DNA of 64,000 bases from Bryobacteraceae bacterium (lineage in GTDB: Bacteria; Acidobacteriota; Terriglobia; Bryobacterales; Bryobacteraceae), in the NCBI GenBank assembly GCA_036276155.1, contig DATBEG010000127.1:10939-74938 (forward strand), read 5' to 3'. Positions 39,613 through 48,376 of this stretch are shown piece after piece; within the stretch, counting starts at the first letter, position 1; each line of letters starts with the position of its first letter. Under the pieces are notes generated by a model that was given only the letters and a program-made list of their open reading frames with translations, was not told where the DNA came from and made no database searches. A program made the translations under genes and the position numbers.

Positions 39613-39725
39613 TCGCGAGAGGGGTCAGTACTATTGTCCGCTAGTGGCGATTTGACGCCACACCCAAGGGTTGGGCATCCAATCTCTCGTAAACTGTCCA
39701 TTACGGCCACAGCCGGATTCCCATC

Positions 39726-40685
39726 ATGGCGAAAAGCTTTAGAGATCTGACCGAACGCGAGATCCTCGCATTAGCGATCAGCTTGGAAGAAGAAGACGGA
39801 CGGATCTATGGCGAGTTCGCGCAAAAGCTGCGAACCGATTATCCTTCTACGGCCAAGATGTTGGGCGAGATGCAGGCCGAAGAAGCAGGCCATAGGAATA
39901 GCTTGATCGAATTATTCCGGTCGCGTTTCGGGGATCACATTCCCATGATTCGCCGTTCCGACGTGAAGGGCTTTGTTTCGCGCCCGCCTGTGTGGCTGTT
40001 GCCAAACATCGGTCCGAACGCTGTACGGCGCGCCGTGGAGAGCATGGAGTCGGAGACTCGCAGGTTCTATCACCTGGCTGCGGACAAGACAACCGATGCC
40101 TCTACTCGCCAGTTGCTGGGGCAACTCGCCGCGGCAGAAGAAAAGCACAGTGAGGCCGCCGAGGCGTTTGAAAAACGCGAGATCACTCAGGGGGTTCGTA
40201 AGAGCGAGTCCGAAGCGCAGCGCCGCGCCTTCGTACTGCAGTTCGTGCAGCCTGGATTGGCCGGACTGATGGATGGCTCCGTATCGACGTTGGCCCCGTT
40301 GTTCGCTGCAGCTTTCGCCACCAAGACAAGTCACGACGCATTTGTGGTTGGATTGGCCGCATCCATTGGCGCAGGCATCTCGATGGCCTTCGCCGAGGCG
40401 CTTTCCGATACCGGAGAACTCACCGGGCGCGGCAGTCCGGTTGTGCGCGGTATCGTCACCGGAATGATGACGACAGCAGGCGGAATCGGGCACACCCTGC
40501 CTTTTCTTATCTCGGATTTCCACGTTGCTACATACTTCGCGTTCGGCGTTGTGATTATTGAACTCGGAGTGATTAGCTGGATTCGCCAGCACTATATGGA
40601 CACACCGTTGGTTCGCGCTGCTCTGCAAGTGGTGCTGGGCGGCGTGCTGGTGTTTGTTGCCGGTATTTTGATTGGGAAATCTTAA
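39726..40685 (+). CDS. Ferritin-like (rubrerythrin-type) domain fused to a VIT1/CCC1 family Fe/Mn transporter domain
   Basis: 319 aa. The N-terminal four-helix-bundle signatures are EEEDGRIYGEF, MQAEEAGHRNSL and AAEEKHSEAAE. The C-terminal half has the hydrophobic VIT1-type helices (GLMDGSVSTLAPLFAAA..., GGVLVFVAGILIG). Confidence 0.85.
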   Translation: MAKSFRDLTEREILALAISLEEEDGRIYGEFAQKLRTDYPSTAKMLGEMQAEEAGHRNSLIELFRSRFGDHIPMIRRSDVKGFVSRPPVWLLPNIGPNAVRRAVESMESETRRFYHLAADKTTDASTRQLLGQLAAAEEKHSEAAEAFEKREITQGVRKSESEAQRRAFVLQFVQPGLAGLMDGSVSTLAPLFAAAFATKTSHDAFVVGLAASIGAGISMAFAEALSDTGELTGRGSPVVRGIVTGMMTTAGGIGHTLPFLISDFHVATYFAFGVVIIELGVISWIRQHYMDTPLVRAALQVVLGGVLVFVAGILIGKS

Positions 40686-40689
40686 GTTT

Positions 40690-41073
40690 ATGATCGAGTA
40701 CACTGACGCGAGCGCGGAAGTAAAAGCTGTCTACGACGATATTATGGCGACACGCAAGACAGATTGGATCAACAATTTCTGGAAGTCGCTGGCGCATGAT
40801 CCGGCCACACTGCGCAGAACGTGGGAGAGCATCAAGCGGATTATGGTGCCTGGCGCATTGGATGCCCTGACGAAAGAAATGATTTATCTCGCGGTCAGCG
40901 CAACCAATCAATGCGGGTACTGCATGGCGTCGCATACTGCCTCTGCGCGGAAGCAGGGAATGACGCCGGAAATGTTCGGCGAGCTGATGGCCGTTGTCGG
41001 CATGGCCAATGAAACAAACGCCCTGGCCGCCGGTTACCGCGTCGAAGTGGACGAACAGTTCAGGAGTTCTTAG
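40690..41073 (+). CDS. Carboxymuconolactone decarboxylase / AhpD-like family protein
   Basis: About 127 aa from the ATG at 40690. The ORF-track start at 40672 would overlap the upstream stop. The CxxC motif lies in NQCGYCMASHTASA, within an AhpD-type helical core. Confidence 0.8.
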   Translation: MIEYTDASAEVKAVYDDIMATRKTDWINNFWKSLAHDPATLRRTWESIKRIMVPGALDALTKEMIYLAVSATNQCGYCMASHTASARKQGMTPEMFGELMAVVGMANETNALAAGYRVEVDEQFRSS

Positions 41074-41116
41074 CGCCTTCACTCCGGGCTGCGGGTAAAA
41101 CGCCCGGTGTGGAAGA

Positions 41117-41929
41117 ATGAGGCGTTCTCAAATGGCACGCACGAGCGGAAGAGCGTATGCATTCATGCGCTGGGGCGGGGTCCATCCTGTTCCCGGCCTG
41201 CTTGGACAAATTGGCTGGGCGTTTGAATACAACGATCGTCCAGGCCGTTTTCAATCCTTCTATTGCGGATCAACCGATTATGCAGGCATCGGGCCCCAGG
41301 GTCCCCGACGCGTATTTTGGAGCGAAAAACGCGGGACCTTGCCCGAACTGGTTAAAGCGATGTCGGGCGGCGGCACAGAACATCCGGGCTTTGATGAAGT
41401 GAAGGTCTTCGAAGTGGCGGATTCGCAGTCGGAGGCTGCGCTGAAAGTGGTGCATCAGCTTTCCGGGACGCCCGAAGACGTTCTGAATCGCACCGATCCG
41501 CTGGAACACACGCGCGAGATACTGGCCCGGTACGGCGTCCAGTCAATTACCCAAACACGCGGCTTTAATGCTCCGTTCCTCTGGTACAACATGTTGCCGG
41601 GCAAGAGTGTTCCCATCCGCAAGCTTGCGGTGCATTTGTTTCAGCTTCGAGCGGCACAGGCCGCTGAAGAAGCTCTCACACCTGGGGAGATTGAGGACCG
41701 GTCGCGAAAAGTGGCTCAAAGCGAACCGCAGGTGCGGAACGTTGGCGAATGTGTGGTTGCCCGCGCTGGCGGACGCTTCGTCATCGGCCTGAGCATCGCC
41801 GTCAGTTCGTCCATGACGGTTAGCGAAGGCAGGAGCATCGCCGAACGCGTGGAGCAGGGTATTCGAGGCGGTTCGTCCACCATCAGTAACGTCTTTGTTC
41901 GTGTGGAAGCGTTCGAAGGTTTCGAATAG
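41117..41929 (+). CDS. Hypothetical soluble protein: unknown N-domain plus CDF-type (ZT_dimer-like) C-terminal domain
   Basis: 270 aa with no TM helix. The last ~60 aa (VGECVVARAGGRFVIGLSIAVSSSMTVSEGRSIAERVEQGIRGGSSTISNVFVRVEA) follow the pattern of the cytoplasmic metal-binding domain of cation diffusion facilitators. I do not recognise the N-terminal ~200 aa. Confidence 0.5.
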   Translation: MRRSQMARTSGRAYAFMRWGGVHPVPGLLGQIGWAFEYNDRPGRFQSFYCGSTDYAGIGPQGPRRVFWSEKRGTLPELVKAMSGGGTEHPGFDEVKVFEVADSQSEAALKVVHQLSGTPEDVLNRTDPLEHTREILARYGVQSITQTRGFNAPFLWYNMLPGKSVPIRKLAVHLFQLRAAQAAEEALTPGEIEDRSRKVAQSEPQVRNVGECVVARAGGRFVIGLSIAVSSSMTVSEGRSIAERVEQGIRGGSSTISNVFVRVEAFEGFE

Positions 41930-41956
41930 ATTCTTCGCTGCACCTATGCCATATCC

Positions 41957-43393
41957 TTGGGAATGGCCGTTTCCGGGCTGTCGCCGGCGCTCCACACCGA
42001 GCCGGTTCCCAAACTGAAGAAAGAGCTTGGCCTGCCGGACCTGATTCTCGCGCAGGTGCTCTGCGTGGTCGGGTCGGCGTGGGTTGGAGTGGCGGCCAAG
42101 CTTGGGAAGGCCCATCTCGCCTTCTGGCTCGGCGCGATGTTGCTGTATTACCTGCCGCTCGCGGCGGTGGTCATTTATCTCAACCGCGAGATGCCGCTCG
42201 AAGGTGGACTCTATCAGTGGGCCAAGGCGGGATTCGGCGAGTTTCTCGGGTTCCTGACGGCGTGGAACCTCTGGGCTTATGCAGTTGTGTGCGTAGCGTC
42301 AGTGCTATTCGTCGTTCCCACCGATCTTTCTTACATGATTGGGCCCGGCGCGGAATGGCTGCCGGGTAATGCTCCAGCAACTGTCGCGATCATCGGCGCT
42401 ATTGTTCTCGCGATTGCCCTTGTCGCGGTGCGCGGTCTTGCTATCGGCAAGTGGCTGCACAACGTGGGCGCCATTTTAATATTGGTTGCTTACGTCATCT
42501 TATTGGGGCTTCCGCTCTTCGCGCGGCACTCGCCCGGAAGTTACGTCGCGTTCCCCTGGCAGACGCCCGCGCCGAATTGGTTCAGTCTTGCAGTGTTCGG
42601 TCAAATGACAATCGGGGCGCTGAGCGGCTTCGAATACGTCGCGATTATGGCGGGAGAATGCCGCAATCCTGTGCGCAGCATCGGGCGATCGGTATCAATT
42701 TCCGCGCCGATTATCGCGTTGATGTTCATCCTCGGCACAAGTTCCGTGCTGGCGTTTGTGGGCAATCAACCTATCAACCTAATCGGCCCCATTCCGCAGA
42801 CGTTCCGGCTCGCGCTTGGCGCGACGGGCATAGGTGGCCGCGTTGCGCCGTTTGCGATTCTGCTACTGCTCACTCGCGCTGTCGCGGCGGCCAGCCTGCT
42901 TTTCACGGGCCTGACTCGCTTGCCCATGGCAGCCGGTTGGGACCACCTTCTGCCAAGCTGGTTTACGCGTTTGCATCCGCGCTGGAGAACGCCCGTGAAT
43001 TCCATCGTCTTTGTGGCCATCGTGGTGCTGCTGCTGGTTGTGCTCAGCATGCTTGGCGTGCATGAGCAGGAAGCCATGCAACTCCTGCAGAACGGGTCTA
43101 TCACGCAATACGGCATGACCTACGTTGCCTTATTCGCGTTACCGATTTGGGGAGCGGTTCGGGTTCGGCGAGGTTTGCCGCTCTGGGTGAGGGCAGCGTC
43201 GTTCCTGGGCTTCGTCTCCAGTTTGGTTGCCGTTTTGATTGCTGTTTACCCCATCATCGAAGTATCGAACCGCTGGAGCTATGCCGCAAAGATCATCGCG
43301 ACCATTGCGGCAAGTAATCTGCTGGCGCTCTGGATTTATCGGCGCGGCCGGAAAGCTCGTGCCATAGAAGCGGAACCTGCACTGGCGACATAA
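41957..43393 (+). CDS. APC superfamily amino acid/polyamine permease
   Basis: 478 aa with about 12 hydrophobic helices. It has the APC-like glycine-rich first helices (VLCVVGSAWVGVAAKLG) and an overall layout typical of the family. The substrate cannot be determined. Confidence 0.75.
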   Translation: MGMAVSGLSPALHTEPVPKLKKELGLPDLILAQVLCVVGSAWVGVAAKLGKAHLAFWLGAMLLYYLPLAAVVIYLNREMPLEGGLYQWAKAGFGEFLGFLTAWNLWAYAVVCVASVLFVVPTDLSYMIGPGAEWLPGNAPATVAIIGAIVLAIALVAVRGLAIGKWLHNVGAILILVAYVILLGLPLFARHSPGSYVAFPWQTPAPNWFSLAVFGQMTIGALSGFEYVAIMAGECRNPVRSIGRSVSISAPIIALMFILGTSSVLAFVGNQPINLIGPIPQTFRLALGATGIGGRVAPFAILLLLTRAVAAASLLFTGLTRLPMAAGWDHLLPSWFTRLHPRWRTPVNSIVFVAIVVLLLVVLSMLGVHEQEAMQLLQNGSITQYGMTYVALFALPIWGAVRVRRGLPLWVRAASFLGFVSSLVAVLIAVYPIIEVSNRWSYAAKIIATIAASNLLALWIYRRGRKARAIEAEPALAT

Positions 43394-43418
43394 ATCAATT
43401 TCCTGCTATTTTGTTTCC

Positions 43419-43889
43419 GTGAGCACGCATCGCGCGATGGCGGGCGGACGCGCCGATCGAGACGAACTGCCGAAGGGTCCCCAAGGCCGCTGCCTGTGCC
43501 GCTGGTGCAACCTGGAAGTTCCCAAGGGGCGACTCACGTTCTGTTCCGATTGGTGCGTGGAAGAGTGGCGCCTGCGCAGTGATCCCGGACACGTGCGTGA
43601 ACGCGTGCTGGATCGCGACCGCGGCATCTGCGCTTTATGTGGTCTGGATTGCCTGGCGCAGTTGAGGCATATCAAGCGTCTGCGCGGTCCGGCGCGTGCC
43701 AAGGCCAACGCCGAATGGGGACTGCGCGGGCGAAAAACGCTGTGGGATGCCGACCACGTCACGCCCGTTGCCGAGGGCGGCGGCGAATGCGATCTCTCAA
43801 ATATGCGGACGCTCTGCCTGAAGTGCCACCGCGCGAGAACCTCGGAACTGCGCGCCCGGCTTAGCGCGAACCGGAACGCCGGCGACTGA
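43419..43889 (+). CDS. HNH endonuclease domain protein with N-terminal zinc-ribbon cysteines
   Basis: 156 aa. Cysteine motifs are CRWCN...FCSDWC and ICALCG. The HNH core is WDADHVTPVAEGG...SNMRTLCLKCHRARTSE. Confidence 0.8.
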   Translation: MSTHRAMAGGRADRDELPKGPQGRCLCRWCNLEVPKGRLTFCSDWCVEEWRLRSDPGHVRERVLDRDRGICALCGLDCLAQLRHIKRLRGPARAKANAEWGLRGRKTLWDADHVTPVAEGGGECDLSNMRTLCLKCHRARTSELRARLSANRNAGD

Positions 43890-43902
43890 ACTGAGGTTAT
43901 TG

Positions 43903-45441
43903 TTAAACCCGGCTCGCCTTGGCTCGTTGTAGAGCCAGCGGTTTGTTGTAGACGCTGCGGAACGTATTGGCGGCTTCCGTCGTTGACCACAGTTCCAGAT
44001 CGATGTCGTTATCCGACTGCACGATGATGTTCACGTTGCCGTCGCGAATAGCGCTTGTCACATCGCGGACTTTCTGCTCATGCGCTCGATCGAGCGAATC
44101 CGCCATGCGCAGCAGCGGGGTCAACAGAAGCACCTGACGACGCGCTTCCGGCTCCAGAGTCTGATAGTGAAAATGCCGCAGTTCGGGCATAGACTTGCGA
44201 TGGAAACGACAGAGAGATGCGATGGTCAGCCGCTCCTTGTCTGTGAAACCGGGCATGTCGGAATTGGCGACAAGATAGGCCGAGTGCTTGTGATGGCCCG
44301 TATTGCTAACGAAATGGCCGACGTCATGAAGATAGCCGGCCGCCTCCAGGAGTTTGCCTGCAGTCGGAGGCAATTGATGGAAATTTTGCAGAATCTCAAA
44401 AAGCCGGTGCGCCAGATACGCCACCTGCCGGACATGCTTGACCGAGTTGCCGTATTTTCGTGCCATGGCTTCAACCACGCCTCGCTGTTCGCGCGATAGC
44501 TGCGACAATTCGCGACCTACGCCGCGAGCGGCAAGATCCGCGATGATGCCGTCTCGCACTCCCGCCGCGCAGTAGTAGAGCGAGCGGTGTTCGAACAGTT
44601 CCATGACGCGAAGGAACACGGCCGCTCCCGCAACGACGATCTCCGCGCGCTTCGGACCGATGCCGGTCGTTTTGCGCCGCGTCGCCAGATCGGTCTGGGC
44701 AAGACTGTTAAACAGCTCGCGTACTTGGGCGGCAGAGGCGCGCATCCGGTCCGCCTCGTCGCGCTTGGCTCGCGAGATCTGGTTTGTAGCGGAAACGATA
44801 GCGGCGGCTGTCGCAGAGGTGGCGACGGCTCGGTCAAACTTTTCCTGGCCGTGCTGTTGCCGAAACGGCGCGAGCTTTTCATCGATGTATTGCATCAACC
44901 GGTGCAGTTCTTCCGGTTTCGCAGGGTCGCTCTTCAGAAAGAATTCCGTCAACCGCACGGCCCCGAGCGGTTTGGACACGGCGTCAATCAGTTGCCCGCT
45001 ATGGCTGATGATCAACTCCGCGCTTCCGCCGCCGACGTCTACGATCAGCGTCCGTTCTTTCGGCCGGGGCCACCGCGACTCAACGCCGAGGTGGATGAGA
45101 CGAGCCTCTTCCGGCCCGGAGATGATTTCGACATTCGTCCCTAGGGCGTCGCTCGTGCGCCTGAGGAACTCCTGCTGGTTACTGGCGTCTCTGACCGCGC
45201 TGGTAGCCACCGCGCGAACGCCCACAATGTCCAGCTTGCTGTAAACGGCAGACATCCGAGCCAGGTTGGCGGTCAGGAAGTCAAGCGCCTCTTTGCTGAT
45301 CGCACCGGACCGGAACACACTTTCCCCCAGGCGTGTTACCTGCCGATCCTGCGCAAGGATGTGCGTTTCTCCGTGACTCACTTCCGCGGCCATCATGCGG
45401 ACCGAGTTGCTTCCGATATCGACGGCTGCGTAGCGCGGCAT
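43903..45441 (-). CDS. ppx: Exopolyphosphatase / guanosine pentaphosphate phosphohydrolase family protein (Ppx/GppA) with HD domain
   Basis: 512 aa. The ASKHA N-terminus is YAAVDIGSNSVRMM, with LIVDVGGGSAELI further in. The C-terminal HD region is YLHDVGHFVSNTGHHKHSAY. Confidence 0.92.
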   Translation of the reverse strand: MPRYAAVDIGSNSVRMMAAEVSHGETHILAQDRQVTRLGESVFRSGAISKEALDFLTANLARMSAVYSKLDIVGVRAVATSAVRDASNQQEFLRRTSDALGTNVEIISGPEEARLIHLGVESRWPRPKERTLIVDVGGGSAELIISHSGQLIDAVSKPLGAVRLTEFFLKSDPAKPEELHRLMQYIDEKLAPFRQQHGQEKFDRAVATSATAAAIVSATNQISRAKRDEADRMRASAAQVRELFNSLAQTDLATRRKTTGIGPKRAEIVVAGAAVFLRVMELFEHRSLYYCAAGVRDGIIADLAARGVGRELSQLSREQRGVVEAMARKYGNSVKHVRQVAYLAHRLFEILQNFHQLPPTAGKLLEAAGYLHDVGHFVSNTGHHKHSAYLVANSDMPGFTDKERLTIASLCRFHRKSMPELRHFHYQTLEPEARRQVLLLTPLLRMADSLDRAHEQKVRDVTSAIRDGNVNIIVQSDNDIDLELWSTTEAANTFRSVYNKPLALQRAKASRV

Positions 45442-45685
45442 ATCCGTTTTATATCAACCGCACGAAATGCGGACAGGTCCGTTGCACCGGCACTCGTACG
45501 GATCGGCTGCCCGGCGGCGTTCGCCTGGTTCGAATTTTCAAGTGCCGAAAACGGCCCCGCCCACGGTGCCAGTTCTCAGTCACACCCCCCGTTTGCGAAG
45601 CTATTTAGTTGAGGAAGAAGATCATCGGCCGCGATTTTTCAAACCGCGCCTTTATGCGTCATCCCGCGGGTTCCGTTCATCGGGT

Positions 45686-46750
45686 ATGAAGTCGCTTCTA
45701 CGCCCGGTTGCGCACCAGTACCGGAGTTGGATGGATCGCTGGGAAAACGAGCTTTGCTTTCGAGCGACAGATCGCATCATCAGGCCGTTTGAATATGGCC
45801 TTGAATGGTCAAGAAACTGGCCCTGTGTGGAGCAAGCGGGTGATTACCAGGATGGCGACGATCCGGTCGAATATCTTCTTCGGCTGAATCGTTGCTGCAT
45901 TGCTAGCAGCACCGAGTTTTTCGGTTACGCCACGCCCACCGACTTCCGCTTATCCGATGAGTGGGTCGAGTTCACTTCGCCCGTGGCGACGCCGTATCCG
46001 GAGAACAACGTTGTGCGCGCGCGATGGTTCCCCGCGCGTAACGGCAATCGCAAGGCCGTCGTCGTCCTGCCGCACTGGAATGCGAAGCTGCCTCAACACA
46101 ATGCACTGTGCGCGGGATTGCAGCGGCTCGGTATCAGCACACTACGGCTAAGCCTTCCGTATCACGATACGCGCATGCCGGCGGAGTTGAACCGCGCCGA
46201 TTATGCGGTCTCCTCAAATATTTGCCGGACCATCGACGCGACGCGCCAATCCGTCATCGATACGCGCTGTTGTATTGATTGGCTGCAGCAACAGGGGTAC
46301 GAAAGTCTCGGAGTTGTCGGTACCAGCCTCGGGTCCTGTTATGCGTTCCTTGCCAGCGCGCATGATGAACGCATTCGCGTGAATGTGTTCAATCACTGCT
46401 CCACCTACTTCGCCGATGTCGTGTGGGAAGGTCTTTCCACCCGGCACATACGCGATAGCCTCGAGTCGGTCATCGATCTCAGCACGTTACGCGACCTTTG
46501 GGCCTGCATCAGTCCGCCCAGCTATTGGGATCTCTATGCCGGCCGCCACAAGGAGTCGAAGTTCATCTACACAAGCTACGACACCACTTTCCCGGTGCAT
46601 TTGTCGCGCCAGGTAATCGAAGGAGCGCGCGCTCACGACTGGCGGCACGAAGTCGCTGTCTTGCCCTGCGGCCATTACACGATGGGCGAATTTCCGTTCA
46701 AATTCATCACAGGTTACGAGATCTGCTCCTTCCTGAAGCGGCATTTGTGA
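45686..46750 (+). CDS. Alpha/beta hydrolase fold protein
   Basis: The nucleophile elbow is VVGTSLGSCYAF and the C-terminal His lies in LPCGHYT. I start it at the ATG at 45686 (MKSLLRPV...). The ORF-track 5' extension from 45467 is Arg/Pro/Ser-rich and looks non-coding. Confidence 0.7.
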   Translation: MKSLLRPVAHQYRSWMDRWENELCFRATDRIIRPFEYGLEWSRNWPCVEQAGDYQDGDDPVEYLLRLNRCCIASSTEFFGYATPTDFRLSDEWVEFTSPVATPYPENNVVRARWFPARNGNRKAVVVLPHWNAKLPQHNALCAGLQRLGISTLRLSLPYHDTRMPAELNRADYAVSSNICRTIDATRQSVIDTRCCIDWLQQQGYESLGVVGTSLGSCYAFLASAHDERIRVNVFNHCSTYFADVVWEGLSTRHIRDSLESVIDLSTLRDLWACISPPSYWDLYAGRHKESKFIYTSYDTTFPVHLSRQVIEGARAHDWRHEVAVLPCGHYTMGEFPFKFITGYEICSFLKRHL

Positions 46751-46876
46751 CATCTCGAACGTGCCACAAACAGTTAAGACCTTAAATATTTTGCTCGGAG
46801 GTGGTGCAAAACCACGATCAAGTGCATCCTACGCTTGTGAAACAGTTGATGAACTCTAACTTGTTGAGTTTATTGA

Positions 46877-48373
46877 ATGGCTAGACACAGTTGGCGAATC
46901 GGCATTATTGCGGGGTGGTTGAGTTTGGGGATCTCTCTGACGAATGCCCAGACCGGCGCGCCGCCCGGATCGAATTCTTATGCGGGAGGCGGCCAGTCGC
47001 CGCCCGTTTCTTCAAACACGGTGAGCTCCGCGCCGATAACCGACCAGACGTTCCAGGGGAGTGTCCCGCAAGGCACAGCCTCCGCCACGCCCATTTCGCT
47101 CAGTTTAGGCGACGCGATCGATCGGGGGCTCAAGGCGAACCTGGGCCTGCTGACGAGTGAACAGAGCAGCCGCGAAGTGCGAGCCGACAGATTGCGCGCT
47201 TTAGCGGCCTTGCTGCCGAACATCAACGGGCAGCTCAGCATGACAGAACAGCAGTTGAACCTGCAGGCGCTGGGGTTTCTGTTTAACTTTCCGCCGGGAC
47301 TTGGGTTTTCGATTCCTCACATCGTAGGGCCGTATTCATATCAGGCGGCTTTAGCGAATGCCACCGTTCCGCTGGTCAATTTCAACTCGATCTACGAGTT
47401 CCGCGCGTCTCGCGAGAGCGATAAGGCCTCGGTTCTCACCATCAAGAATGCCCGGGATCTTGTCGTGCAGGCGGTGGGCAATGCCTATCTGCAGATCATT
47501 GCAGATACGGCTCGGATTACCGCCACTCAGGCCGAGATCGATGCGGACAACGCAGTGTATGTGAACGCCCAGCGGAGGCATGAAGCGGGCACGGCGATTG
47601 GTATCGACGTGCTTCGTTCTCAAGTGGAGCTTAAGCAGCGCCAACAGGCGCTGGTTGCGGTATCGAATCAATTCGAAAAGGACAAGCTCACGCTCGGGCG
47701 CATCGTCGGGCTGCCGATTGGACAGGACTTCGTGGTTGCCGACCCATCGCCGTCGGTGCCGCTGGAAGCCATGCCGCTTAAGGATGCGCTTGCGACGGCC
47801 TACGAGCATCGGCCGGACTTTCAGGCTGCCCGGGCGCGAGTTCTGGCGGCGCAGTTTTCGTTCCGAGCGGCCAGAGCTGAGCGCTACCCGTCGCTTACGG
47901 CGTCAGGATTCTACGGCGATGAAGGCCTGCGGCTTCTAAGCAACTCGCACGGAGTATTTCAGGCCGCCGGAACTATTCAGTTCAACATCTTCGATGGGGG
48001 ACGGATCAAGGCCGATGTCGAGACTGAGAATGCCGAGTTGAAGAACCGCCGCAATGAAATGGAGAATCTGCGCGGGCAAATCGATTACGAAGTGCGCAGC
48101 GCGCTGCTTGATCTGAAGTCGGCAAGCGATCAGGTGGACGTGGCGCGCAGCAATATGGATCTCGCCAATCAATCTCTGAAGCAGTCGCAGGACCGCTTTG
48201 CGGCGGGCATCACGAACACGGTTGAGGTAGTCCAGGCGCAGCAGGCAGTGGCGGATGCGAACGAAAACTTGATATCGGCTCAGTACCAGTACAACCTGGC
48301 GAAGGTGTCGCTTGCGCGTGCTCTAGGCATTGCCGAAGAGGGCATTCGGAAATACTTCGCGCACAATCCTTAA
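46877..48373 (+). CDS. TolC family outer membrane efflux protein
   Basis: 498 aa with a signal peptide. Two OEP-type repeats carry long helical segments (LSLGDAIDRGLKANLGLL..., LKDALATAYEHRPDFQAARARVLAA...). Confidence 0.88.
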   Translation: MARHSWRIGIIAGWLSLGISLTNAQTGAPPGSNSYAGGGQSPPVSSNTVSSAPITDQTFQGSVPQGTASATPISLSLGDAIDRGLKANLGLLTSEQSSREVRADRLRALAALLPNINGQLSMTEQQLNLQALGFLFNFPPGLGFSIPHIVGPYSYQAALANATVPLVNFNSIYEFRASRESDKASVLTIKNARDLVVQAVGNAYLQIIADTARITATQAEIDADNAVYVNAQRRHEAGTAIGIDVLRSQVELKQRQQALVAVSNQFEKDKLTLGRIVGLPIGQDFVVADPSPSVPLEAMPLKDALATAYEHRPDFQAARARVLAAQFSFRAARAERYPSLTASGFYGDEGLRLLSNSHGVFQAAGTIQFNIFDGGRIKADVETENAELKNRRNEMENLRGQIDYEVRSALLDLKSASDQVDVARSNMDLANQSLKQSQDRFAAGITNTVEVVQAQQAVADANENLISAQYQYNLAKVSLARALGIAEEGIRKYFAHNP

Positions 48374-48376
48374 CCA

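Noticed and set aside
39618-39661. GAGAGGGGTCAGTAC … TTGACGCC upstream of the VIT1 gene, loosely resembling the GGGGAGUAG / UUGACA elements of the yybP-ykoY manganese riboswitch
   Set aside because: The matches are partial. The 113-nt spacer is too short to hold a promoter plus the ~100-nt four-helix riboswitch, and I could not draw the required helices. An Infernal scan would be needed to revisit this.
43419-43889. HNH gene as a homing endonuclease, mobile element or defence-system marker
   Set aside because: There are no flanking intron, intein, phage, restriction-modification or other defence genes. No repeats or integrase are present, and I see no obvious local change in base composition, though this was not computed.
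45470-45482. CAGGTCCG resembling the conserved SRP (4.5S) RNA helix 8 region
   Set aside because: The adjoining GGAAGGAAGCAGC-type motif and the complementary strand of the helix are absent.
45527-45535. GGTTCGAAT, resembling a tRNA T-loop, in the ppx/hydrolase spacer
   Set aside because: The flanking bases cannot form a T-stem (CCTGG versus TTTCA), and no acceptor or anticodon arms can be drawn.
46800-46876. AT-richer stretch upstream of the TolC-like gene with TTGATG … TTTATT as a possible promoter
   Set aside because: The putative -10 element would sit only a few nt from the start codon. Spacing is uncertain and nothing else supports it.
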